A stretch of 64,000 bases of DNA. Source: Lingula anatina (taxonomy: Eukaryota > Animalia > Brachiopoda). Numbering within the stretch: the first letter of the stretch is position 1; every line of letters starts with the position of its first letter. The notes below the pieces were generated by a model that saw nothing but the letters and a program-made list of their open reading frames with translations, did no database searches and had not been told where the DNA came from. A program made the position numbers and the translations under genes. Shown here in pieces: positions 42,082 to 54,232 of the stretch. The stretch covers positions 26,292,848 to 26,356,847 of the forward strand of contig CM120643.1 in NCBI GenBank assembly GCA_051362555.1, read 5' to 3'.

Positions 42082-43896
42082 AGAGGTAATCATGGCTCAT
42101 TCAACATTGGTCGCCGCAGGGTTTTCTACGTTTTATGCCTATGTGTGGTGCTCGTGACCATGTACATCTTGAACAAGAATCCCATAGGTAGGTGACAAGG
42201 CACTTGGCATATACAACTAAATCGAATGTCCCTAAGCAGCACCTTTTCCATCCGCTACCATCTCTCTCTCCACACGTACGCATGCACGCACGCATTGAGA
42301 GAGAGAGAGAGAGAGATTGGAGTGATCAAAAGTTATTTTAGCTGCTATTGTAACTGTGAGTAGGTATGTGGATAGTTGAAATAGCTCACTCTGTGATTTT
42401 TTTATTAGATAGTCCCCGTGAAGGTGGCTGATATCTTGTCTTCCAGATTTCACCGCTCGTTTCTCAACTTCGAGGACGGACGTCATAAAAACTGGAAGTG
42501 GGAGATACGAGTACATGTCTGATATCGTTCAACAGGTAAAGCATTAATGCAAGTTAGGCCTTTTTTCTGCAAACTTTTAATTTTTCACGAAATTTACTTT
42601 TCCACTATGATTCACTAAGGTAACATTCAAAATTGTTTGCAGACTTGCGATCCATAAGCACATTCTTGAGCAATGTTTATAATTTTTTACTCACTCTCGT
42701 AACGTAGATAGAGACTGATGAATTTCACTCGTAACGGTAAAATTGGACGTGTCTTTGTTATGTTGGCAGTCTATTTTTCAGGGAGTTTAATTTTTACTTT
42801 TGTAACAAGGGAGTCTTTTAACCAACAGCACGTATTCACCACGTCTTGTGTGTTGTTTATTGTACTTAGAAGACGACATTCTTGGCTTATACCTGTACAT
42901 GTATTAGTATTTTGTCTGAAAACTAGGTTTATCCCATCGCTCGTTTTCTAGTCTCGTGCCGATAGTCTCGTTTTAGGCTAGCTCTAAATCATTCCCATTA
43001 CAAGTTTAAGATATTTAAAATATAAAATATTTATGGTATTCGATAACAAATTCATTTCTTTTTAGAAATTTCACTGGGCTAGAGTTCCTAAAGAATGGAT
43101 GGAAACTATGAACCGGAGAAGACAAATGTTGTTCCAGATGTGCCAGAACCAGAATGAAACCATAATGCTAGGAACACCAATTAAGGTGTCCAAACACGAA
43201 ATCCCGGACAGAAACTATGTTGACGACATCAGCCGAATAATTCTTTGTCCCATTTCAAAATCAGGCAGCAGAACTTGGTTGAAGATCTACTTCAAACTGA
43301 ATGGGCAGATGAACACTTCTGTAGAATACAACCAAATGCCTCTTCCGTATTTCGAACCATATGTACGTAAACTTAAGACGTACACTGACTTTGGTATCCA
43401 TGGTCGTGTAAACAGTTACCTAAAAATAATGACAGTCCGTCATCCTCTGGTACGTCTTGTGTCGGCGTACAAAGAACAGGTGGCGCCAACACGCGGGCTG
43501 TTTAGAAAGTTATTAGAGGACTTTCTCATAAAAAGAAAAGGGATGGCTGACGTTAATAAAACACGCACGGTTACATTTGTAGATTTTCTACAATTTACCC
43601 TCGAATATCCTAACATCCACTGGGATACATTCAATACGTTCTGTGCTCCGTGCAAAATGCAGTATGATCTCGTAGTATATTTCGAGACTCTCGCAGACGA
43701 CGCCAAAAACGTGCTGAGTCTTCTAGGAGCAGACGACAAGATAAAACTCCCGCCTTCGCATCGAGCAGATCAAATGTCCTCTGACGATGAAGCCCGACAG
43801 TACTATCAGGGGGTCGACAGGGATCTATTGAAGCAAGTTATTGCAAAGTACTGGGCTGAAGAGAAGTATTTTGGATACAATATGAACAAATTTTAA
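42082..43896 (+). CDS. Carbohydrate sulfotransferase (Sulfotransfer_2, CHST8-14 family), type II membrane protein; exons 42082-42187, 42447-42535, 43066-43896; start codon unresolved
   Basis: TM anchor RRRVFYVLCLCVVLVTMYIL splices in frame to the catalytic exon with CPISKSGSRTW (5'-PSB-like), VRHPLVRLVSAY (3'-PB) and HW...CAPCKMQYDLVVYFETLADDA. Confidence 0.88.
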
Positions 43897-44309
43897 AAAT
43901 CTAATATGACCAAACTTTGATCTAGAAGTCACAGAAGAATGACGCATTATTAATCGAAATTGATTTTCTTAGGATTCTCTATGAGTTAAATGTTGGGAGA
44001 TGTAAGTATTTATTTATATTGTAGGCATGGGTGTTAGAACTGAAAAACAAAGGTTCATACTTATAGGCCTAACCTGTAGTATTTTATTACAAATGTCACA
44101 GACTATAAACTGAATAGAATCGTCAAGAGAATCTTCTTATATGCGTGTAGGCTATGTTTCAGAATTTAAAAATGTGTAGGCCTAAATGCAAATATTTCTG
44201 TTTTTCTCGTAAACAAACGTTAATAAAACTAAGTGCTGGGGATATGTACTGAATTTTTGTTGCCTTAAACATGAATATGTTCTCCGGTCAGACAGGTTAC
44301 GTAATGTTC

Positions 44310-44695
44310 AGATCTGGGACTGGCTTGGACCACTTTATCTCTGGTGTGATGGCCGTGTTGGTACGGGGGAAGAAGATCAATAAGACCGAGACCCTGCCTC
44401 CATCAATTGTAAAACCCTGGTTTCAGCAGTGGTCTTTATCTCCACCCCACCCTCCGACCCCTGAAACAAATAATAATTGTGATGAAGTTACCCAGGAAGG
44501 AAGGGATTATTTCGGCTGATTATGTGTCTCCAAAATTTCGTTAAATCATTTTATTGTCGTTTTTCCTGGTCGGAGGTCTGTGAACTTGGAGAGTTTATTT
44601 TTAGTGAAGTTGTCAATTTTTGCAGGCTCCAGCTGCGCTTAAATGTTTTGAATGCACCTCCAAGATCAACGGCAACTGCGGAGATATTTCCACCT
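44310..44695 (+). pseudogene. Degenerate partial duplicate of the quiver/Ly6 gene
   Basis: 44385-44690 aligns with 47255-47610 (intron end plus exon 2 start, KCFECTSKINGNCGD) with a +1 frameshift after GSS; 44310-44365 resembles exon 1 without its ATG; truncated. Confidence 0.75.
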
Positions 44696-45887
44696 TTCCT
44701 GCCAGATATTAATACCGTTTTTTTTTTTTTTTTTTACATACTCGTAGGTTTCCATTTTCTGCCCACTTTCATTAGGCGGGGGGTATTTGTTACTTTAATT
44801 CAATGGTTTGAAGGGAATTTATTTCTAATCTATTTTATCTTCTATGAAATTATGTTAAAAGTAAAAAGTACTAGAGTGGAAATGAATTTGATCACTCTAT
44901 CGTGTAATAAATGTATACTTTGTAAAGTAACTGCAATGGGCGGCAATTAAAAGCATGCTCTAGAACGCAGGCATGAACCGTTAGCTTCAACAGCCCCACA
45001 CACGCACAAACACACTCCACCACTACCTAAGCGTGTATGTTTGAATATAATGACATGTCTGCAGGGCCCGATTCTCGGATCTGCCTTGAAAGTCGTATAA
45101 CTCAAGTGTGTTTTAAAAATGCAAAAGAAAAATGCTTAAAAGTCACGCGATTTAACAACTGGCAACAAAACCTATAAAATGCGTTCACTGTCGACAGCCA
45201 TGGGGGGGGGGGGGGGGGGGGTAACGAGAGAGACAATTGCAACATTAGTAAAATCTGGGAGTTTGGTTCTTCGGAGAGCGTTTAAGTAATGTGACTTAAT
45301 AAAACGTTATATACTATTTCAAGCCCAAGCTTTATTTGAATTTTCTTAACTTTAGAGAAATTCAGGACATTTAATGCAGTAAATCAACAGATTCATCAGA
45401 TGAGATGAACATCACAGCTCCTCTAACGCATTGGACACATCAGTACACTAGTAAAGACACTCACAAAGAGGGTTGACCTTAATATAACATACATTAGATT
45501 TTAGCCCATTTCCCTTCTTTACCAAGATATTCCATAACCAAAACCGCTTAAAATTTAAAACAAATTTGATGAGAGCAAAAGTGGTAGACTAAAATTAAAA
45601 CCAACTTTATCTGAAGTTTTTGCTTAACATACACAAAAGGACGTCTCAAAGGCCTACGACATAGTACGTAAAATATCCTAGTTCGCCAAAGCACGTCAAA
45701 TATCCCAGCTAATTCCTATTTACGCTGCTATATAGACGCCCTTCGATTTGCCTGTTGTCCTCGATCAATCACGTAGTTATTCTGGGCCTGAAATTTCGTG
45801 CCCCGCAGTAGCTGATTGCTGCACGCCAGTTGGGAGTTTCTGCGCATCAGTTGAGCAAGTTTTGTTCTGGGACAGCCGGCTACAAGG

Positions 45888-46939
45888 ATGCATCACTTTG
45901 TGATTTTAGGTGTCGCCATTTTGGCTCTGTTTCAAGGTAAGAAAGAACGTGTGTGTTTATGTGGGTATTATTATCAATGGTTTAATTTGTTCTTAGCAGA
46001 GGCATTAAAAATGCAGCTTTTTTCCAACGTGACTTTCCAAGTTCCTTCTTGTTCACACTAACCGCTTTCTTACATGATTCTTCCTCTCTGTTCCTTTAAC
46101 AAATACAACACAAACTTTTCTTGTCAAGCCTCAGAAATGTTGGCATTACCTAACTGGCCGTGGGTAGTACCTGTCATCTTATTTAGTCCGACTAAACCAG
46201 GTAATGGTTTCGCATATATTACGAATAAATGCGGACCAAGTACATTTAACTCTGTGTTCTCTTTTTTAGTTCTCGTATTTTTAGGAAGAACGAATGGTTA
46301 GGATAATCGAATAATAATCAAATAATAAGAAGACGAAAAAAATGGTAAAAAGTAAAGATCAAGGATTCAAGTAATATCTTGGTCCAATGATCAGACCACA
46401 CTATACTAAAGTAAATATAAAACAACTAAATTGAAAATTGTGAAAAGAAGTCTTTCGTTGTCTTTTGTGTACTGATGGTAGAAAAAGAACCTTTAATTCT
46501 ATAAATGCTCTAAAGGTCATGTCTTAGACTGCGTCTCCATAAACCCATCGTACTAGCTGGATCGACCTAACTCTGCTAGGTTTCGAATTCTCCCTAAAGT
46601 GCTCTCAGTGTAATCAGGTTATATGTCTGGCACACCCCCTTGGGTAGCTAGGGAGTAATTGATTTTGTTAATGACCTATTGCTTAATTAATAAATTGTGT
46701 AATTAATAATGATAATTGACCTGTCTTGGTCGAGGTCTGCGCTCTACTCTCAATTATTTTCTAGTTGTAGATTACTTTCGGTTATATATGTCCAAACAGA
46801 CTAAAACCACAGTATCTCTAACCGTTCGCTCACATTATTAATCTAATATGCAGCTGTTCATGCCTCACAATAGAACTAAAGGTCAGACTGCGTTCCATAT
46901 GTTCACAAACCTGATTACTGCTCTAGGAGTGAATTAGAG

Positions 46940-47010
<71 letters not shown>

Positions 47011-48712
47011 TCGAACATAGCGTCTTTGTTTGTCTTAGAATCTAGATAGAAAGAAGGGGGATTATGGGAATTTGTAAAAGGGAATGTATGTTTATTTTTA
47101 CCAGTTAGATAATTAGCTTAAATCACCCTTGTTTAAAGGAAAGTTTCAAATCTAAAATCACTTATAAAACACGGGGAAAATAACACTTCGTATAACGGGC
47201 CTCGTGTTTATGAGTGTAGCTCACGTGGGAGGCACCTTCTATACACTGATGCTGTTTCTCCCTCTGCCCCCATCCACAGTAAAGTCCTGGTTCCCGCAGT
47301 GGTCTCAATCTCCACCCAAACCACCCACCCACCTTCCCCCCCCCCCTCCCCCCCGGCCCCAAAAACAAAATAACAATTGTGATGAAATCTTCAGGATAGA
47401 CAGGTACCCAGGAAGGAAGGACGTCATAGCAATTTCAGCAGTTGATTATGTGTCTCCTAAATCATTTTTTTATTTTACTGTCTTTTTCCTGGTCGGTGAT
47501 CAGCAATCTTGAAGGGTTCAATTTTTAGTAAAGTTGTCAATCTTCGCAGGCTCCAGCGCCACTAAATGTTTTGAATGCATCTCCAAGCTCAACAGCAACT
47601 GCGGGGATCCTTTCACTGGGAGTACTGCGACAAAGCAAGTGGCGTGTGAGGCAGGCTGCCAGAAGGTGACCGATAACCAAGGTAGGAGCATGGCACACAT
47701 ATCAGTGATTTATCGGAAAAAATTAGGGTATCTCCGGCGGATTTCGTACCCTCGGCAACGGGGACGAGCGAAGCCCGCCGAAAAGATCTGAATGAAAACT
47801 GACTATGAAAGTTGGGATTTTTTTTTTCGAAAAACCAAAATCAAAGCTTGGCCATTTTGAGTGTTTTCCGCCAAGTAGGCTTTTCATTTGCCTGTAATAG
47901 GTTCTTTAATGCGTTAAAGATTTCCGTCTTTTAAGTTTAAACTTGTGTTAATAATGTTAACATGTCTTTGTGTTTGGGTCATTTTCGCAGTGTTTTACTT
48001 TGCTGAAGTGTATGTGAAAATGTATTTTAATGTCCTTAATATCACTAAATCCGGGTGGAATCTTCTGTATTTATTTTTTCCCATACAGCCTTTTTTCTTA
48101 ATTCGGGATCCCAGGGGACCCTAAAGCAAATTTAGTTTAATTGTCACTTTGGCAACCTCAGGGAACTAAACATATTCAAATGGCCGCCAATTACGATAGA
48201 AATATACACCCGTGGATATGAAAGGCCCTTAGCTGACACCGGCACATTTATTTTAGCCCAACCATACACTAGAAATATGTTAATGGAAACCCTATTATTG
48301 TTTGAAATCATTTTGGTACCTTTTGACGAATCCAAAATGGCCACCAAATGTCAAAGAAATAACATTTTTCTCTAAAATTGGTTTAAATCATTTCACTTTT
48401 CAGACATAGATCTGATTTAAAGCTACTGAGTAACTTCAAATTAAATTTTTCGCTGATGTAAGCCTCATGAATGAAGTTATATGCAAGATTTGAGCTCGAG
48501 GCTACTAAAAGATGGCTGTCGAATCCATTACAGCGTTGATAAACGCAACATTTTTCATTATAAAATTTCTTAAAATACATGTACTGAATGATGTCATTTT
48601 TCAATTACAGTTTTGAACTCGGTACAGGTGTGAGTAGTAAATTGGGTCACGTGAATAGAATCTATTTTAGCATAATAACCCCTTTCAGCATTATAGTTGT
48701 GAAGTCTTAATT

Positions 48713-48761
<49 letters not shown>

Positions 48762-48957
48762 AGGTTACGTTTCTCGAGGCTGCGTCCTTGTGATCGGAGA
48801 CATCGCCCCAGAACCCGGATGTGACGTAGAAGAGGGCGGAAGTGAGTGGTGCGTCTGTAATAAAGACCTTTGCAACGCAGCCCCTGAACCTGCTTTCAGC
48901 AGCCATTTTCTTTGGCTCACTGGACTAGCTGTCGTGCTTGCCCGCTGGATTAATTAG
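45888..48957 (+). CDS. GPI-anchored three-finger (LU/Ly6, quiver/sleepless-like) protein; exons 45888-45936, 47550-47681, 48764-48957
   Basis: Signal peptide MHHFVILGVAILALFQG; KCFEC...NCGDPF...ACEAGC...SRGC...GC...WCVCNKDLCN gives 10 Cys; hydrophobic C-terminal GPI signal; both introns are phase 1. Confidence 0.93.
46942..47009. repeat. (TA)n microsatellite
   Basis: Seen directly. Other simple repeats: poly-T 7668-7713, (GT)n 26843-26890, (AAAT)n about 27252-27310, (ATT)n about 16087-16124 and 48715-48760, (GA)n about 63160-63193. Confidence 0.95.
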
Positions 48958-49991
48958 GAACTCATGTTAAAAACTCTAAAAACGTTAAATTGTGCCTTCA
49001 TTTTTCAAATTTATTATATTTTTAAATGTTTTTACATTTGCAAATATATATGCCTACTTATTAATGTTAATTGCAGATGAAAACTGTGTATAGACCCATA
49101 TAATGCCTAAAATCTGTTATCTCCTTTATTATTGCCCGACATTACTAGTACTGTAGTAGGCAACTTTCTTCTTTATCCAATTTTGATCGGGCTCTTACTT
49201 TTACAACTTCAGCGTTTGTTTTAACAATTTCGGCTTCTTTCAGCGTTTCATTATCATAATTCTCCGGTACTTCTCGCGTGTAACTTCCCTGTCGGAATGA
49301 ATATTTAAATGTAATAAGGATTTTGTATTTGTTTCAAAGCTTTTGTGCCTCCAAAAGTCACTTTCATGATAAATTTGTTTGTTTAAAATAAATTGTTATC
49401 AAGAATCTTGTTACCTTACAATGAACATGTATACCAAAAGTGTTATTTCATACGGTGTCACATAGAAGAGAAAGAAGAAATCAACTCTATTTTGCTAACA
49501 TATGAATACCTGGTCACAAAAAACGCAAATCCCTTATTTTGAATTTAAGATCATTTTAATGCACCGAGGGGTTCTATTGGCCAGAAAAGTAGGCCTTTTA
49601 ATCAAGATTTGTTCTAGGTTTTATGCCAATACTCAATCAAGGTTTACTAAGGGGGTAAAAAGGTCAAATTATTTGAAATTGCTTATTATAGACCTGCAAA
49701 AATGCTGTCAGTATCAATACACGGTTACCGTAACTAAAGCCCCCTTTACACTGGAAGGGAACCTTATGCAGCCCTTGAACTGCCTGGATAAGACAACAGG
49801 TGAATGTCACTCGCCATCGTATAAATGAGAAATTTAGAACTCAGAAGCAGGTATAGAGATTGTGATTTTAGCAACGGTTTTTAAACTGGGTAATGAAGTG
49901 GAGATTGATGCAATTTCAGAAATATTTTATTTCTTTGAAAGTCGAAAGCCCATTTCAAGGCCTTTGACTTGCCACTGTTTTACTAGTATGT

Positions 49992-50217
49992 GGGTGCTTT
50001 CCAAGAGATTTAGATCGATCTAAAGATTAAGTTTTAGATCGACCTAACTCCCTGGGGGTTCACGCTAAATTGCAGTCAGCCGAGCGGGCACCATAGTTAA
50101 TTACCTCCTTACAGCTTTTAGTAGGCGGGACAGACGCTTAAGCCGGCCAAGCTGACAGTAATCTAGTGAGACTCCCCACAGGGATAGATCGATCTAAAAA
50201 TCTATGGAAATTGGGTG
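49992..50217. mobile_element. PIF/Harbinger-like MITE, family A copy 3
   Basis: Same core as 5275 and 8348; TSD TGT; terminal base degenerate. Confidence 0.8.
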
Positions 50218-50390
50218 TGTGTCAGACACGAGAAGGCCCGCGCGACACCGTTCTACGTGTACTACACCACTAAATAGACGAACGGTTAAATGCTCTTCAT
50301 GACATTTTTTCTAAAATAAATCAATTAACTACGCTACATTATACTGGTAGATAAACCATTTTCTACTCAGTGGTTGATGCACATGTAAAC

Positions 50391-53300
50391 CAAGGAGTTA
50401 TAACAGAAGGAGATTACACGCGTGGGGGCGGAGCCCGTATTACGGTCTCTCATTGGTCGGAATGAATAGAACCCAGAGAACAATGGATGCCTATCTCTGT
50501 TACGCTTAATTGCTACTCTCGTTTAAATCTCGTTTGTTAGTATCTGTGCCTTCGTCTGTTGATTTTTGAGGACAGAAACAGAAACGGAGTCCCAAGTTTC
50601 TAAAAAATGAGAGAAATACAGAATTTATATGATATTACGTTGGACAAGGTTTTCAAAAAACAGGTAAGTGCTTTTAAATGCATAACTACACGAAATATGA
50701 AGATAAATTGCAACTTTTATGTCGTGGGGTCTCACTGTGTAAGTGTCCAGCTTCACGTAGATCTCGCGAGGTGGTGTGTGGAGAATAAATATTGCACGAA
50801 AAATATTTCCCACTCATAACAAGTGCCTATAAATATAGTATCAGATGAAGAAAGTTTGGTCTTTATACAGTTGCAATTGTTAAGTAATTTGTGGCAATAG
50901 CAAAGAATAAAACTTAGGTGCACTTTCAGTAGCCGAATAACAAGCAGATGCTTAAGCCGCCATCTTGTTAATATTTCGAAAAAAAATTACTCCAAAAGAC
51001 ATTTTCCTCCTACTTTTTGAAACTTGTGTCACATGACAGTCATAAAATTTAACTAATTGTTATGTGTGCAACACGCTTGCTTGAGCAGTATTGTTTTTTT
51101 TTTGCGATTTTACATGTGGTCTAGCTTGGATACGACAATTGACAATTTTCATGAGTTCCGATCAAAAAGTGTTACGCTTGTTATGGCCAAAAGCCTTACC
51201 GCTTTTTGTACTTTTCAAATGCAAGATTATAAAAAAATTTGGTGTGTTTAGATTCTTGAACATCTTGGTCGTGGCGTGGTATATATTGCATGGATACTGC
51301 TCCAATATTTCTTGAAAAAAATAACCCGATTTGTTCAGAATACCAATTTTTTACTCTAGTGTTATGGGTAAATGTACCATTTTGGCCTTTACCTTTTTCA
51401 TGTCTAAATCTAAAAAGACTTATAATGACAGTTGGTCATCATTTTTCTTCTCACCATGGTGGGTGGCTTTGGAGTGGTAACTTTGTTGTTAAAGTAAAGT
51501 GCTCAGTTTTTTTGACTGGAAAATTTTGCCTCCACCCAGCATTTTCCATCATGGCGGTCTAACAGGAAGTTTGCTTCACAGTGTCTTTGGTATAGTTATT
51601 TTTAACTTATTTAGTCTTCTTTTTACATATATATGTTTTAATTCATATTAAACCTTTGAAAAAAGAACACACATGAATCCTGGTGCTTCTTAATTTAAAG
51701 TCTTAAGGTTTTAAGTTCACCTAGGCTCCACCAATTACTTTACCTGTTATCTCACTACACACATCTCTTTGAGTCGAGGTGTGTAAGACACACTTTATTG
51801 TGTAAGACACCTCTATAATTAAGGGGTACTTGCTTCTCTACTTAAATTATACTTCACTACTTTGGCATGTTAGGTGGCAAGCTTGGATGTTTCAGTTCAT
51901 TTTAAGAAAGAAGCTTTGCCTTGGTGGTTACAAAAGAATAGAACTCTATTAAGGTTTATTCATTACTTGAAATTAAATATTTCATCTTGTAGTGTTGAAA
52001 CAGAAATTCTCTCAAAATTGATAATGAATTTGACATGCATATCTTAACACTACTCAAGTTTTTTTTTCTATTATAGATATGGGAGAAGGCTGCATTGAAT
52101 ATATGAATTATGGTCAGGCTGGAAAAAATTAAAATATGTCAATGAAAAAAGGAGGTCAGTGTGTCTGGGGTAAGTTACTTTTGTCATAATGCCTAAGATG
52201 CATTAAACATTCACTAACAACAGTACCCTTTTTAATTTTTTTTTCAAAATACAACAACCTTGGGCATTTTCCTTTTAGCAACCAGCCTCTCTGAAATCCC
52301 CTTTTTGTCCTGTCAGAAGAGTAGGGACCAGGGCGGATTTAAATAATTTCTTGTAATAAGTACAATTTCTTTCAATTTCTTGGGGTTATTAGCTTGTGAT
52401 CATGAATCTTGATGTTCTATATGAATTTAGTTGTAAATTGTTCATTTATGTGGTGAACATTATTTCAGTCAAGTCATAACAAGACACATTAAACTTCACT
52501 GCATAATTCCATAATGTCTACATGGATACTACTAGTTCATAATGCTATTATTATGTTTTTTTTTCTAACCTACAGGTTTCTCTCTTTTCTGAGTGGCATG
52601 GCATTAGCAAGGCAGAAGAAAAGGCCCTGAAGAAATTCTCACTTGAGTTGTCCTTTTTGGAGAAGAAACTGGATAAGACTGGCCAACAGAGATTGCATTA
52701 AATTAATAGTGCTCCTTTATGACATTTTAAAATATTTTCAGTCACCTAACTGACTCTATACATTGCAAAAGTGGACATAAATTTTATGTTACTGTTATGT
52801 GGAAAAAATTCAAAACCTATATATAAATTGTTGATTGCCAGTGAAATTTCTTTAAAGCAGTCACTTACTGCTTACTTACCAGTTAATTTTTTCAGCTGTT
52901 ACATTTTATAAATGTTCTTACTAAGTGTTGTCTTGATCTATAATAACCTTTTGAAAATCCCATGTTTTTCATCCTATTTGTAAGAATTAACCACTTTATC
53001 TTCTAGGATTTTTTTTTTCGTTCGGCCCATTAGATTCTCAGACCTTGCTGGCCTGTAAGTGGAATAGTATCTGGCACAGACTGGTATCAGCAAGTCAGAT
53101 AAAAAAGAATATAATTATTTCTATTTGCACGGTTGAAAAAAATGCCATCATAGACTGCATAAAACTGGAAAACTGTAGCAACTTAATCATTCTTATGACT
53201 TCATTTATTACTGCTTATGTGTAAAATTTTTGTTTTTGTTCTTCTATTGATATAATAAAATGGTTTTACTCACAGATGCTACTTTCATGAGTATAGAGTA

Positions 53301-54232
53301 TAGAGTGCTTGAGTATAGAGTTGACTTAAAAGATATTTTAAGTTAATATAGTAAATAATAGTTTGAAATTCAATATTCTCATCTTTATTTGTTTCACTTT
53401 AAAGAGCTCAGTGAATACTAAAATTTCTGATATATTTTGTACATAAATATATTTCTGAATGAATAAAAATTATTCTTAATGTATAGCACTGTGCACTTGT
53501 TTACCGACAAATATGAACAGTGTTAGTACGTGTCAAATAATCCTGAAAAAAAGGGAAATTTCCAAGATAAAGAAATTTATAACGAGTATTCAGTAAACTG
53601 ACGTGTCGTGGCATTGCCTCAACCTTGGATTAAAATTTTAATTAAATGCATTATAATATTAAAATTATACCGAGTGAGAGAAAAAATACTTTAAGAAATT
53701 TAAAACCAGACACAAAGCTTAGGCACTGTCACAATGTATATGTTTATGGGACCCAAGGACAGGAGGGTCCAAACGTTAATGTATTAATATTATGTCCTTT
53801 GGCAGTGAGGACAGACGTTCACTTGAACGTCATTTTCACAAACTACAGTTGGGACGTTTTCTTTTGACTTCTCCTTGGTGATTTTTCACCGGGTTGTGCC
53901 ATAAAAAAGCCATCTATCACCGACTAAAAAAAGCTCATGGCGACCATCCTCAGTCACCACCTTATAATCGCTTTCTATGATATCGTTCCCTTCCAGCACA
54001 TCGTCCAAATAATTACCTGTGAAAAAAATCGTCAGCATACAGCGGCGCTTTGACATTACTGATCTCGAATTCTAACGCGAAATAACGCATATGAAATTTA
54101 TCTCCAAGCTGAGGAGAGCGACGCAGACGAAACCTTGAGACCGGAGGCCCCCCGTAGCTAGCTCCGCCCACCGTAACAGACATCGGACAATAGAAAGGCT
54201 TGCGTGTAATCTCCTTCTGTTATAACTCCTTG
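50391..54232. mobile_element. 3842-bp non-autonomous TIR DNA transposon (P-element-like ends) with non-coding cargo
   Basis: Perfect 31-bp TIR CAAGGAGTTATAACAGAAGGAGATTACACGC (50391-50421; reverse complement 54202-54232); identical 7-bp flanks TGTAAAC (50384-50390, 54233-54239); no transposase ORF visible. Confidence 0.9.
50500..53280 (+). ncRNA. Putative spliced non-coding transcript inside the TIR element (possible snoRNA-host-like)
   Basis: GC box and ATTGG upstream; donor CAG|GTAAGT at 50663; exon 52077-52169 with branch site, polypyrimidine tract and GTAAGT donor; acceptor CTAACCTACAG before 52576; AATAAA near 53254; only very short ORFs. Confidence 0.5.

Noticed and set aside
47700-48700. 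Possible intact transposon in Ly6 intron 2
   Set aside because: Repeat-like motifs (AAAATGGCCRCC) are present, but no paired TIRs or TSD could be found.
48755-48960. Kolobok-like end (TTAAAGG) or promoter-like GC-rich patch
   Set aside because: It is the last coding exon of the Ly6/quiver gene (CVCNKDLCN plus GPI signal).
52077-52135. Alternative third exon for the Ly6 gene (DMGEGCIEY...)
   Set aside because: The true exon is at 48764; this exon lies inside the TIR element and stops early.
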